DNA of 64,000 nt from IMG/VR virus record IMGVR_UViG_3300035661_004061; one strand, given 5' to 3'. The notes beneath the pieces are model-generated. The model was not told the DNA's origin and ran no database searches. It was given only the letters and a program-made list of their open reading frames with translations. The position numbers and the translations under genes were made by a program. Shown piece after piece: positions 41,450 to 51,273 of the stretch. Within the stretch, counting starts at the first letter, position 1, and each line of letters begins with the position of its first letter. Origin of the DNA: an uncultured virus (IMG/VR IMGVR_UViG_3300035661_004061). Taxonomy: Duplodnaviria; Heunggongvirae; Uroviricota; Caudoviricetes.

Positions 41450-41705
41450 ATGTTTAGGAACTTATTTTGATATAATAGAAACAAAATTTTTAACAGTTTA
41501 CCAATCAAATAAATCAATAAGTATTTTTACAAATAAAGATACTTTTGAATCTATTTTTAAATTTGCTAAATTTATAAAAATAGATATTCAAATTATAGAA
41601 TCTGATGTTTTTGTTGATAAACTTGAATTTATCGAACATTTAAAAAAATTTTTAACCAAAAATGAATATAAAAAACTAATATTAGAATTGGATACATTAA
41701 TATGA
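41436..41705 (+). CDS. Hypothetical protein
   Basis: AAGGA RBS; ATGA overlap with the downstream methyltransferase. Confidence 0.55.
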   Translation: MKTIKCLGTYFDIIETKFLTVYQSNKSISIFTNKDTFESIFKFAKFIKIDIQIIESDVFVDKLEFIEHLKKFLTKNEYKKLILELDTLI

Positions 41706-42532
41706 AATTAAATAATAATAACATTTATAATGTGGATTGTTTAGACGGTATGAAATTATTGCCAGAACAAAGTATAAATATGATTATAACTTCACCCCCT
41801 TATGCTGAACAACGAAAAAAAACATATGGAGGAATTCCAGAAGATAAATATATTGAATGGTTTATTCCATTAGTTAAAGAAATGGAAAGAATATTAAAAA
41901 AAGATGGAAGTTTTTTCTTAAATATTAAAGAACATACAAAAGATGGTTTTAGAAGCACTTATGTTATGGAATTGGTTTTGGAAATAATTAAACAAACAAA
42001 TTTTAAATTAGTTGATACTATTGCTTGGACAAAAATTGGATATCCAGGAAAATTTAATAATAGATTTAAAAATGCTTGGGAACCTATATATCATTTTTCA
42101 TTAGATAAAAATATTAAATTTTTTCCATTAGAGGTAGGGGAACCTTTGAAAAATCCACAATGGTATAAACGCAAAAGAGAAAAAGATATTACTCAAAATG
42201 GTAGTGGTTTTTCAAGACCAGATTATAGGGATATGGAAAATATTCAAATAGCAAGACCTTCAAATCATATTCATATTAAAAATGTAGTAAATCAATTTAC
42301 TGAAAACCGTTGGCATAGTGCTACTTATCCTGTTGAATTAACTGATTTTTTTATTAAAGCTTTTTCAGAAGAAAATGATATTATTTTAGATCCTTTTATG
42401 GGAAGTGGAACAACTGCAATTTCCGCATTAAAAAATAATAGAAATTATATAGGTTATGAATTAAGTTCTGAATATTTTTTATTATTAGAGGATAGAATAT
42501 TAAATTTTAAAGCTAAAAATTCAATATTGTGA
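41702..42532 (+). CDS. DNA amino-methyltransferase (N4-C/N6-A, beta class)
   Basis: ITSPPY, HSATYP, ILDPFMGSGTT. Confidence 0.93.
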   Translation: MKLNNNNIYNVDCLDGMKLLPEQSINMIITSPPYAEQRKKTYGGIPEDKYIEWFIPLVKEMERILKKDGSFFLNIKEHTKDGFRSTYVMELVLEIIKQTNFKLVDTIAWTKIGYPGKFNNRFKNAWEPIYHFSLDKNIKFFPLEVGEPLKNPQWYKRKREKDITQNGSGFSRPDYRDMENIQIARPSNHIHIKNVVNQFTENRWHSATYPVELTDFFIKAFSEENDIILDPFMGSGTTAISALKNNRNYIGYELSSEYFLLLEDRILNFKAKNSIL

Positions 42533-43651
42533 TTTTAAAATATCCTTTTTAATCATTACATCGTTTACTAATGAAAATCCTTCAATAAATTTTTCATTTA
42601 ACGGTTCCATTTTGTACGCTTCTTCTAATAAAATTTTAGCTTTTAACATTTCATTTTTACTTAAAAGATAAATTCCATAATCAAATTTTAAAACTCCATT
42701 TTTATTATATTTTGAAATTAAATATTCAAAATCCTGATTTAAATCAATATTTTCATTTTTATCAATTCTTTTTATTATAGATTCAAATAATTTAGAATCT
42801 TCAGAAGAAAATTTTTCATTAACGTCTTCTATTAATTCAATATTTTTAATTATTAAATTTGGTAAAATTTCAAATTTAAATTGATTAAAATTATTTTCCA
42901 CAAGTATATTGTGATATAATTCAAAATAATCATTATTTATACTATTTTGATAAATATGATTATATAAATCATATTGTATTTCGGAATTTTCATAATGATT
43001 GTTTTGATACATTCTTTGATAATCATTTTTATTATAATTTTTATTTTTTAAATTTATTATTAAATTATTTCTTTGTTGTTCGATATAATTTATATTATTA
43101 TTATTAATAATAATATATTGATTGTCTTTATTATAACGTTTTTCCATATTATTGAAATAATATTTTTGATTTAAATATTTATCATCAATACATTTATTAG
43201 TTGAAAAATGTGATTCTATTCTTTTAGAGTCCAAAATTGTGTTATTGATTTTATCTTTTATATTATAAAGTGTATAAAGGGAAAATTGTTTTGTTTCACA
43301 ATATTCATTGAAACTTGGATATTGAATACATTTATTATCTTTTAATAATAAACAAAAATCATAATCTGTTTTCTTTAATACAGAAATTTCAGAATTTTCA
43401 TTTTTATTTAAAAGAATATTTTCAATTAAAATATTGGAATTGTCTACTGAATTAAATATTTTCATATTTTCAAAATAAGTATTATTATTTTTTAAATAAT
43501 TATTCAAAATAGGATCTTCTGATTTTAATTCTACATTATAAAGTTTATTCAAAGGTATTGTTTTAGGATTATAATACGATACTTTAATTTTTGTAGAACA
43601 ACCTACAAATAAAAATGGAAATAAAAAAAGACTTAATTTTATAAATTTCAT
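42521..43651 (-). CDS. Lipoprotein with C-terminal TPR-like helices
   Basis: LFVGC lipobox; KFDYGIYLLSKNEMLKAKILLEEAYKMEP. Confidence 0.65.
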   Translation of the reverse strand: MKFIKLSLFLFPFLFVGCSTKIKVSYYNPKTIPLNKLYNVELKSEDPILNNYLKNNNTYFENMKIFNSVDNSNILIENILLNKNENSEISVLKKTDYDFCLLLKDNKCIQYPSFNEYCETKQFSLYTLYNIKDKINNTILDSKRIESHFSTNKCIDDKYLNQKYYFNNMEKRYNKDNQYIIINNNNINYIEQQRNNLIINLKNKNYNKNDYQRMYQNNHYENSEIQYDLYNHIYQNSINNDYFELYHNILVENNFNQFKFEILPNLIIKNIELIEDVNEKFSSEDSKLFESIIKRIDKNENIDLNQDFEYLISKYNKNGVLKFDYGIYLLSKNEMLKAKILLEEAYKMEPLNEKFIEGFSLVNDVMIKKDILKSQY

Positions 43652-43797
43652 AAATTTACCTTTAAAATTAGATATGTTATTATGATTATATCAAAATTTA
43701 TATATATTGTTATTATTTTCTATAATTTAAAAAAAAAAAAAATAATTAAAACAAATATTTTATATAATAGAAATTATAAATGTAAATAGGGAAAAAG

Positions 43798-44271
43798 ATG
43801 GATAATAAAAATTATTTTGTTTCAAAAAATCCAATTCATAATGCTTTAAGATTAAAAGAAATAGAAGGGGTAATTGATGAACTTCTTTTAAAAGAATTTT
43901 ATAGATTCAATAGACATAATATTGTTTCAACAATGGCTTTTGTAGAATCTAATGAACCATTAGACTTTCTTAAAATCAAACAAAATATAAGAATATTAGA
44001 TGAAATTTCTGAAATAAATAAAAATTTTTATTTTATCATTTTTTCATACACAACTATTGACAAAGCATATAAAGCATCACAAAATTTAATTTCAAAATTC
44101 CATAATGTAATTATTCATATAGTGTTAGAAGAATTCAAAAAAAGTGATAAAAAACATACAGACATTATAAGAAGAATTAATTCTATAATGAATGAAACTA
44201 AAAAATCAAATGAATCATTAATATGTGATGAAAGTATTCATGAAATGCATCAATGTTCATTTCATAAATAA
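43798..44271 (+). CDS. Possible degenerate GGDEF-like domain protein
   Basis: IRILDEISEINKNFYFIIFSYTTIDKAYKASQNL follows GGDEF-fold spacing but lacks GG(D/E)EF. Confidence 0.4.
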   Translation: MDNKNYFVSKNPIHNALRLKEIEGVIDELLLKEFYRFNRHNIVSTMAFVESNEPLDFLKIKQNIRILDEISEINKNFYFIIFSYTTIDKAYKASQNLISKFHNVIIHIVLEEFKKSDKKHTDIIRRINSIMNETKKSNESLICDESIHEMHQCSFHK

Positions 44272-44272
44272 A

Positions 44273-44353
44273 TTAGATATCTTTTTTACAAATTGAACAT
44301 TTTCCACCTTTAACTAAAACCATCGAACAACATTTTTTACAAAATTTAAACAT
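44273..44353 (-). CDS. 26-aa Zn-ribbon microprotein
   Basis: AAGGA RBS; MFKFCKKCCSMVLVKGGKCSICKKDI*; below the ORF-track cutoff. Confidence 0.55.
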   Translation of the reverse strand: MFKFCKKCCSMVLVKGGKCSICKKDI

Positions 44354-44508
44354 AATATTTCCTTTATATTTTTTAATATAAATAATTATATCATAATTAA
44401 CTTTAATTATTGTTTAAATAAATTTTTAAATATAATATTAATTGATTATTTTTTAATAATATTATATAATCTTAAAAAGATTTTATTTCATAAGAGGAAT
44501 TTTAATAA

Positions 44509-45237
44509 ATGAAAAAATGTTCAATTTGTAAAAAAAGTGTTCCAACAACCGCTAATTATTTCCCAGAGTATTACAATACTTTACTAAATATTGATAAATT
44601 CAGGGAAGATAAAAACAAAACTAGATTTTTTAATTTAATAATCAAAAATTTAGAAACTAATAATAAAGTTGAATTATGTGAATGTTTTGAAAATTTAGAA
44701 GAAATTACAAAATTATTTAATATTTATTTAGATAAAAATAAAAATATTAAGGAACAAAAAGATCTTAACGAATTAATTGATAATTATAAATTCAATATTG
44801 TAAAAAATAAATTAGAAGAAACTGATTTCATATTGTTTTTAAAATCTGAAAAAAAATATTTTACATGTAATTTAAAAAATAGTAAATTTATTGATTATAA
44901 TGAATTAAAATCTGTTTTAAAATCACAAAATGAAACTAAAAATGTATTAAAAAAACAAGACGTATTTTTGATATATAATTTCAAACCAGAAAATACCAAA
45001 CAAGAATTTTATTATTATGATGAAGTGATTATAGAAATATTAAAATATAGATTAATAAATAATTTAACAACTTACATATTTTATAACGAAATCAAAAGAA
45101 CAGACACTTTTGATAAACTTATCACCAATATAAATGATGAAGATATTAGAAAATTTTATACAAATAATTTCATTATTGATGATGAAACTTCATTAAACAA
45201 ATCGAAAAAAACCAATAAACCATTTGAAATAAAATAA
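44509..45237 (+). CDS. Degenerate DnaC/DnaI/IstB-like helicase loader
   Basis: N-terminal CSIC..CEC; KQDVFLIYNF..EILKYRLINNLTTYIF resembles the loader C-terminal part; no GKT; directly upstream of dnaB. Confidence 0.55.
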   Translation: MKKCSICKKSVPTTANYFPEYYNTLLNIDKFREDKNKTRFFNLIIKNLETNNKVELCECFENLEEITKLFNIYLDKNKNIKEQKDLNELIDNYKFNIVKNKLEETDFILFLKSEKKYFTCNLKNSKFIDYNELKSVLKSQNETKNVLKKQDVFLIYNFKPENTKQEFYYYDEVIIEILKYRLINNLTTYIFYNEIKRTDTFDKLITNINDEDIRKFYTNNFIIDDETSLNKSKKTNKPFEIK

Positions 45238-45246
45238 GGAATTTTA

Positions 45247-46542
45247 ATGAAAAAAGAAGATATAAAAGAAACTACTAATATTAATAGAACCGTATTAGAA
45301 GATAAATTAATTTCATTTGTTGTAAAATTTTATAATAATCCTTCTCATTATACAAAAATTTCTTCAATATTGAATAAAAATAACTTTCATATAAGATTTC
45401 ATCATATTTTAGATGTTCTAGTTGAAAATAATTTTATAGAACCCGAATTATATGAAGATTTTAATTATGATAAAAATATTGAAGTAGAACAATTTTCATA
45501 TTATTTAAAATTATTTAAAGAAGAATTAGAAAAAGAAAAAACAAAAAAAGTAAAAGAACAGATTTCAAAAGCGGAAGATTTCAACCAACTTCAAACAATT
45601 ATGATGGCAGAAAAAGAAGAATTAATTGAAGGAAATTCAAATATTGAAGATTTAAAAATTTCTAGTATTTTATCAAATAATGTTGATTTTATAAATTCGT
45701 ATAAAGGAAAAGAAACATTAGGAAGTCCGACAGGGTTAAAACAATTAGATGAAATTATAGATGGTATTTTTGGTCTTGTTGCATTAACTGGTGTTCCAGG
45801 AGGAGGAAAAACAACATTAGCTATTCAAACAGCTTATTATAATGGTTTTATAATGAAAAAACCAGTATTATATATATCATTAGAAGTTAATAAAAAATTA
45901 TTTTTAGCTAAATTAATCTCTTTTATTACACAAATACCTATAAAACATATATTAAAAAATTATTTAAATAATGAAGAAAGTATAAGATATTTTGAAGCTT
46001 TAAATGAAATTATGGATAATAATAGTTTTTATGTAATGGATAAAGATGATGGTGCTAATTTTTTAAGTATTTATGAAAAAATACAAAAATTAAAACAAAA
46101 ATATTTTGAAGAAACAGGAGAAAAAACAGAAGTTTTAGTTGTTTTAGACTATTTAAATTTATTTCATGATTATGGAACAACAGAAAGAGGATTAGATATT
46201 AATCAAAAAGTTGCTAAACAAATGGCAAAATTTATTGAAATTAAAAATAATACAGGTGATAACTTTTTACTTATTGCTGCTAAAAATAAACAAGGTTATA
46301 AAACAGCTGAACTTTCTAGTTTAAAAGGTTCTAATGACCAAGAATATGCTTTTGAAACTATAATTTCATTAGAAAAACCTCAAAATATTGATGAAGAATT
46401 ATTAGAAGGTGCAAATGTTTGGGCTACTATTTTGAAATCTCGTTGGGGAGAAGCATTTGTTAATATACCTTTACATTTTGAAGGAAAAGTATCTAGGTTT
46501 TTTACATTAGAAGAATTGCCAGAAGAATATAAAAACAAATAG
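45247..46542 (+). CDS. dnaB: DnaB-like replicative helicase (divergent)
   Basis: PTGLKQLDEIIDG, TGVPGGGKT, YISLE, VLDYL, LKGSNDQE, ILKSRWG. Confidence 0.85.
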   Translation: MKKEDIKETTNINRTVLEDKLISFVVKFYNNPSHYTKISSILNKNNFHIRFHHILDVLVENNFIEPELYEDFNYDKNIEVEQFSYYLKLFKEELEKEKTKKVKEQISKAEDFNQLQTIMMAEKEELIEGNSNIEDLKISSILSNNVDFINSYKGKETLGSPTGLKQLDEIIDGIFGLVALTGVPGGGKTTLAIQTAYYNGFIMKKPVLYISLEVNKKLFLAKLISFITQIPIKHILKNYLNNEESIRYFEALNEIMDNNSFYVMDKDDGANFLSIYEKIQKLKQKYFEETGEKTEVLVVLDYLNLFHDYGTTERGLDINQKVAKQMAKFIEIKNNTGDNFLLIAAKNKQGYKTAELSSLKGSNDQEYAFETIISLEKPQNIDEELLEGANVWATILKSRWGEAFVNIPLHFEGKVSRFFTLEELPEEYKNK

Positions 46543-46602
46543 AATCTTAATTTATTTATTTATAAGAAAAAAAAGATATAAAATTTAAAAATAGGAATAG
46601 AA

Positions 46603-47001
46603 ATGAAAACATTAAAAGAACTTTTTGATGAAATGAAACAAACAAATGTATTAAACAAATATTTTAATAATGAAAATTTTTTTGAACTTAATGAAAAAGA
46701 AATTATTTCAACAATTAAAATTAAAAATTTAATAAATAATCCATTAAAATTATATAATAAAAATGGATTTGAATTATTAGATACAATTATAGACTTTGAA
46801 AAAAGTTTAATAATAACACCATTTTTTATTTCTTATCTATTTAATTATGATTATTCTTCTAAAAATGGAGAATTTATATGGGAAAATATAGAAAATATAA
46901 GATATGAATTTATGAAAAAGAATGAAAATATACAAAATTATTCATTTCAACTTGAATTTAATGACCACAAATTAAATTTATATTATAAACAAATCAATTA
47001 A
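46603..47001 (+). CDS. Hypothetical protein
   Basis: 132-aa ORF with AGGA RBS. Confidence 0.55.
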   Translation: MKTLKELFDEMKQTNVLNKYFNNENFFELNEKEIISTIKIKNLINNPLKLYNKNGFELLDTIIDFEKSLIITPFFISYLFNYDYSSKNGEFIWENIENIRYEFMKKNENIQNYSFQLEFNDHKLNLYYKQIN

Positions 47002-47563
47002 TATTTTCATTCTTTTTTAATTTATCGAAATAATAATTAAAATCTTCCATAAATTTATTTATTTCTGAAATTTCTATATCTTCATGATTTTTCCTTACAT
47101 ATGTATAAAAATCAGAAATACAATTACCCAAACCTTGAATTCTTAAACTAGAAGAAGAACCCTTAATTCTATGAGTTAAATTTTTTAAATTTTCAATATT
47201 CAATACTTTAATATTATCTTCAATTTCAATTTTTTGATTTTCTATTTGCTCAATAAATTCACCTAAAAACTCTTTAACATCTTCAATAGACATATCTAAT
47301 TCTTTTAGACAGTAATCAAAATCAAAATCAGGATAAATTTTATGAGGTATTTGATTAACTTCATCTTTTTGTCTTTCTATTTTTTCTTGAAGTTTTTCTT
47401 TATCAATTTTTTCTTTTTTTTCTTTTTCTGTTTTTTTTAGTTTTTCAGCTTCTTTGATTTTTTTATCAAATTCATCATTTTTAGTGTTTTTAAAAACAAT
47501 AAAAGCAACTAAAAAAAACACTAATAATACAGTTATACCTAAAAATATTAAATTATTATCCAT
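46994..47563 (-). CDS. Membrane-anchored Hpt (histidine phosphotransfer) protein
   Basis: N-terminal TM helix; LTHRIKGSSSSL HxxKGSS motif. Confidence 0.8.
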   Translation of the reverse strand: MDNNLIFLGITVLLVFFLVAFIVFKNTKNDEFDKKIKEAEKLKKTEKEKKEKIDKEKLQEKIERQKDEVNQIPHKIYPDFDFDYCLKELDMSIEDVKEFLGEFIEQIENQKIEIEDNIKVLNIENLKNLTHRIKGSSSSLRIQGLGNCISDFYTYVRKNHEDIEISEINKFMEDFNYYFDKLKKNENIN

Positions 47564-47751
47564 TATTACACCTTATTTTAAAGATTAAATTTTATTTTAT
47601 TATTCTGCATTTTAAAAATAAATCTTAAAAAAAAAATATATAAAAACAAATAAATTAAATTTAACATCTTTGACTATCTTTTTTATATAAAATTAGATAT
47701 AATAAATTCAAGAAATTTAACAATATAGAAAACAAAGATATATATATTATT

Positions 47752-47934
47752 ATGGATAAAATTAATTATAACAGAGAATTTGTTTTAAAACATACTGATA
47801 ACGATTATATAAAAATAAATGGTTTAATTCTTCCTGAAGACAAAAATATTGAATCATTTCATATTTTTGAAAAATCAAATATAACATTAATCGAAGCAGA
47901 AGATTTATATAAAAAACTAATTAAACTTAACTAA
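47752..47934 (+). CDS. Hypothetical small protein
   Basis: 60-aa ORF with TATAAT upstream but no clear RBS. Confidence 0.35.
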   Translation: MDKINYNREFVLKHTDNDYIKINGLILPEDKNIESFHIFEKSNITLIEAEDLYKKLIKLN

Positions 47935-47941
47935 TTAAACT

Positions 47942-48658
47942 TTAATTTAGTGTTATTTCATTATTTATATATTTGTTTTTATTTAAAAATTTAAATTCAC
48001 ACCATTCCTTATTTAACATAGAAAATGTTTCATTGTCATATTTTCCATATATTTTTTTTTCATCAAAATTAAAATCGATATTTAAATTATTGTTATGACA
48101 ATAATAATATAATTTAAACAATTCTTCCTGAAAACATTCAATCATTGCACCTCCCATAATTTCTATGTCTTCATTTTTAATATTATCAAGTAATAATTTA
48201 TATTTTTTTTTCATTATTTCATTATTATAAGATAATTCTTTGATTTTTTTTCCATTTTTCTGTTTTTCTAAATTATTATACAATGATTTAACATTTTCGT
48301 CCATATATTTTCTGATAGTTCCAAATTCTTTATAAATAATATGGTATTTTATTTTGTTTTCATATATATAACGAATTAAATCATTAGATATATCATTTTT
48401 AAATAACAATTTATCGCCTTTCTCAAAAATTTCAGGAGTTTCCTTGAAATAATTTTTTCTTTCTTCATTTTTTTTCATATTTAATATAGCATTGTATTTT
48501 TGTTGTTTTAAATATCCTTGTTCAACAATTAAAAAAATAGTATCAGAAGGATTTAAGCTCTTTATAATATTTTGTTCAATATTATATGAATTTTTAATAT
48601 CTTTTTTATTTCCTTTTTTTAAAAATTCATTTTGTAAATCTATAATAATTTTTTTCAA
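47942..48658 (-). CDS. Isochorismatase/nicotinamidase-like cysteine hydrolase (divergent)
   Basis: IIIDLQNEF at the N-terminus, K in IYKEFG, EIMGGAMIEC nucleophile-like Cys. Confidence 0.5.
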   Translation of the reverse strand: MKKIIIDLQNEFLKKGNKKDIKNSYNIEQNIIKSLNPSDTIFLIVEQGYLKQQKYNAILNMKKNEERKNYFKETPEIFEKGDKLLFKNDISNDLIRYIYENKIKYHIIYKEFGTIRKYMDENVKSLYNNLEKQKNGKKIKELSYNNEIMKKKYKLLLDNIKNEDIEIMGGAMIECFQEELFKLYYYCHNNNLNIDFNFDEKKIYGKYDNETFSMLNKEWCEFKFLNKNKYINNEITLN

Positions 48659-48672
48659 CGATATATCCTTTT

Positions 48673-49320
48673 TTAAAATCCAAATTCATTTTCATAAATT
48701 TCATTTTCTTGATTTTCTATTTTTATATTTTCTTCATATTCTTTTTTAATTTTTACATCAATTTTTTCAATTCCTAATTTTTCTAATTCTAAAATATCAT
48801 TTATAATATTTATAGAAATAGGTTTGAATTTAGATTCAAAATCATAATATTTTTTTAAATTTTCTTGTGCAAGTATAAAATTTTCTTCCAATATTTTTTT
48901 TTCTTTTTCAGTTAATTCTTCTGTTCTAATTTTGTGTCTTAATTCATTTGTGTTATTTGACAAAAAACTGATTTTATTAATAATTTTTATTCTTTTATTA
49001 TTGTCTATTATTTTTCCAGTTACTTTATTAAAATAATAATTAGGCATTTTTGTTTCTCCTAATTCATCTAAATCAGATATTCTTATAAAAATTGTAAGAT
49101 TATTTTTATTTTCCAAAATAAAATCAATAATTTTTGATTGCACATTTCTATAAATATTATCTATTTCAATTTCCATATCCGAAACTTTATACATAATTAT
49201 ATCATTTTTTGTATAAGTATGATAATTTTTAGCGAATAGTTTTTGAAATTTAAATCCTATTTTTTTTAAATTTTCTACTGTATTTGTATATTTGTAAACT
49301 TTCATTGTTTCTCGATTCAA
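48673..49320 (-). CDS. Hypothetical protein
   Basis: 215-aa ORF; LKKIGFKFQKLFAKNY; the true start may be the internal Met. Confidence 0.55.
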   Translation of the reverse strand: MNRETMKVYKYTNTVENLKKIGFKFQKLFAKNYHTYTKNDIIMYKVSDMEIEIDNIYRNVQSKIIDFILENKNNLTIFIRISDLDELGETKMPNYYFNKVTGKIIDNNKRIKIINKISFLSNNTNELRHKIRTEELTEKEKKILEENFILAQENLKKYYDFESKFKPISINIINDILELEKLGIEKIDVKIKKEYEENIKIENQENEIYENEFGF

Positions 49321-49446
49321 ATTTTAATTTAAGATATTATAATAAATAATTATTTATATAAATAATTATAAAATAATTTATTCAAATTTTAACTCTATTG
49401 TAAAAATTTTTTTTATAATATGTTTAAATAAAAAATAGGGTTAATA

Positions 49447-51015
49447 ATGATTAATGATAAAGAAACAGAAATATATAAAAATCAATGTAAAACTTTAGGA
49501 TTTAAAGAACCAACAATAATTTCATTAAAAGATTTTTATAAAAATGAAATCTTAAAAGAAGATATATTTGATATACCATTTCTTATTGATTTTAATGAAG
49601 ATAAAGTGTATATGAATGTTTCACATACAGGATTAGGATATTGGTTTGACGAAATAAATAAATATAAATCAAAAAACGAAGATGAATTATTAGAAAAATA
49701 TGATTTAATTACCAATAGTATGATTAATAATGAACAATATTTAAAATTATTTAGAAAATATAAAAATCAAAGTAAAAAATATAATGAATTTATATCGTTT
49801 TTAAAATCAAATAATATAGATTATATTGAAAAAGATAATAAACAAGAATTGTTTAAAGTTGAAGAAACAATTAAAAAAGAATATGAAGAATTAAATGATA
49901 ATGACAATAAAGGAAATCATTTAGTTCAAACAGAAATAGAAAAATTAGAATTAAAACGAACTATGAATGCTTATTTTGAATTTTTAAAAGTTTGTATTGA
50001 AGAAGGATTTCATCCTTATCAATATCCATATTATCGTGACAAATATGATGTTGTACATCAAAGTCCTGTAAATTATGGTGATTTAATAGGTGTTGATACT
50101 AAAAATTTCATTTTAACATTTTTAAATAAGGGGATCCCATTTATTTTTCCAGCAAATAGATATATGGATTATGTTGCTAATGGTCCATTATTATTAAGTG
50201 AATATAAATTAGAAATTAAACCTGAATGGTTTAAATCATCTAAACATTTTTCAGAAGATATAAAAAGAATAATAACGTTTTTGTTTGAAAATGAAAAAAA
50301 AGATGATTCTAAAATTAAATTTTTAAGAAAGAAATTTGATTATATTTATTTTCAAAATCAATATAAAAATGAAAAATCTAACAATATAGAACTTAAAAGA
50401 AATTTTGACGATTCAAAAATAAAAAAATTATTAAATCGAATACCGAATTTAGAAAATCCAAATATTAATTTATTAGGAAAAATTAAAGGCAATAATTTCA
50501 TTATAAATCTAAATTTTTTACATCATTTAATAGGTTATAAATCTAATGTAAGTAAAACTTTAATGATTTCAGATTTAACTTCTAATGTAATAGAAAAAAT
50601 AAAAGAAAATAAAGAAAAATTAAATAAAGAAACAACGATGACTGGAGAAAAGTATTTTAAAGATAAAAAATTTCATTATGAAATAGAAACATATCTTTAT
50701 ACACGATTGTTACGGAATATATTAGACGAAATTTCTTTAAAAAAGAAAACTTCATTTGGACATATACAAGTAGGAAATTTTGAAAGATATATTAAGAATA
50801 TATTTGAATTATTATCACCAAATTCAAATTTATTATTGTTATTACAAGAATACAATAATAATTATGATTTAAGAATTAAATTAGAACTTAAAAAAGATAA
50901 TATGATTGTTTTGAATGATTATTTAAATGAACATAATTTAAATAAAACAGTAATTAATTTAAAAATAGAAAATAATAAACAATCTTATATAAGTAATGAA
51001 TTAAATTTTAATTAA
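49447..51015 (+). CDS. Hypothetical protein
   Basis: 522-aa ORF; no family recognised. Confidence 0.65.
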   Translation: MINDKETEIYKNQCKTLGFKEPTIISLKDFYKNEILKEDIFDIPFLIDFNEDKVYMNVSHTGLGYWFDEINKYKSKNEDELLEKYDLITNSMINNEQYLKLFRKYKNQSKKYNEFISFLKSNNIDYIEKDNKQELFKVEETIKKEYEELNDNDNKGNHLVQTEIEKLELKRTMNAYFEFLKVCIEEGFHPYQYPYYRDKYDVVHQSPVNYGDLIGVDTKNFILTFLNKGIPFIFPANRYMDYVANGPLLLSEYKLEIKPEWFKSSKHFSEDIKRIITFLFENEKKDDSKIKFLRKKFDYIYFQNQYKNEKSNNIELKRNFDDSKIKKLLNRIPNLENPNINLLGKIKGNNFIINLNFLHHLIGYKSNVSKTLMISDLTSNVIEKIKENKEKLNKETTMTGEKYFKDKKFHYEIETYLYTRLLRNILDEISLKKKTSFGHIQVGNFERYIKNIFELLSPNSNLLLLLQEYNNNYDLRIKLELKKDNMIVLNDYLNEHNLNKTVINLKIENNKQSYISNELNFN

Positions 51016-51273
51016 AAATAATAAGTAGAAGAAAAAGAAACTCTTATTAGTTTCTACCCTTGGAATTAAATATTAAAATTATTTATTTTTTAATTTAGTT
51101 AAACGCTCAAATTTAGAATGTTTTTTTTGAAGTATTTTCCATTTTTTATTAAGATTATTATAAAGAAATATTTTTATATTGTAATTATAAAAAAATTATA
51201 GAATTTAAAAACATTTTTAAATAGTAATTAATATTTAAATAATAAATTTTTGAAAAAGAAAAAATATTTATTA

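Noticed and set aside
20355..48749. Track ORFs 20355-20537, 32730-32963, 35896-36108 and 48492-48749
   Set aside because: Antisense overlaps of real genes; their hydrophobicity reflects the reverse complement of A-rich coding DNA
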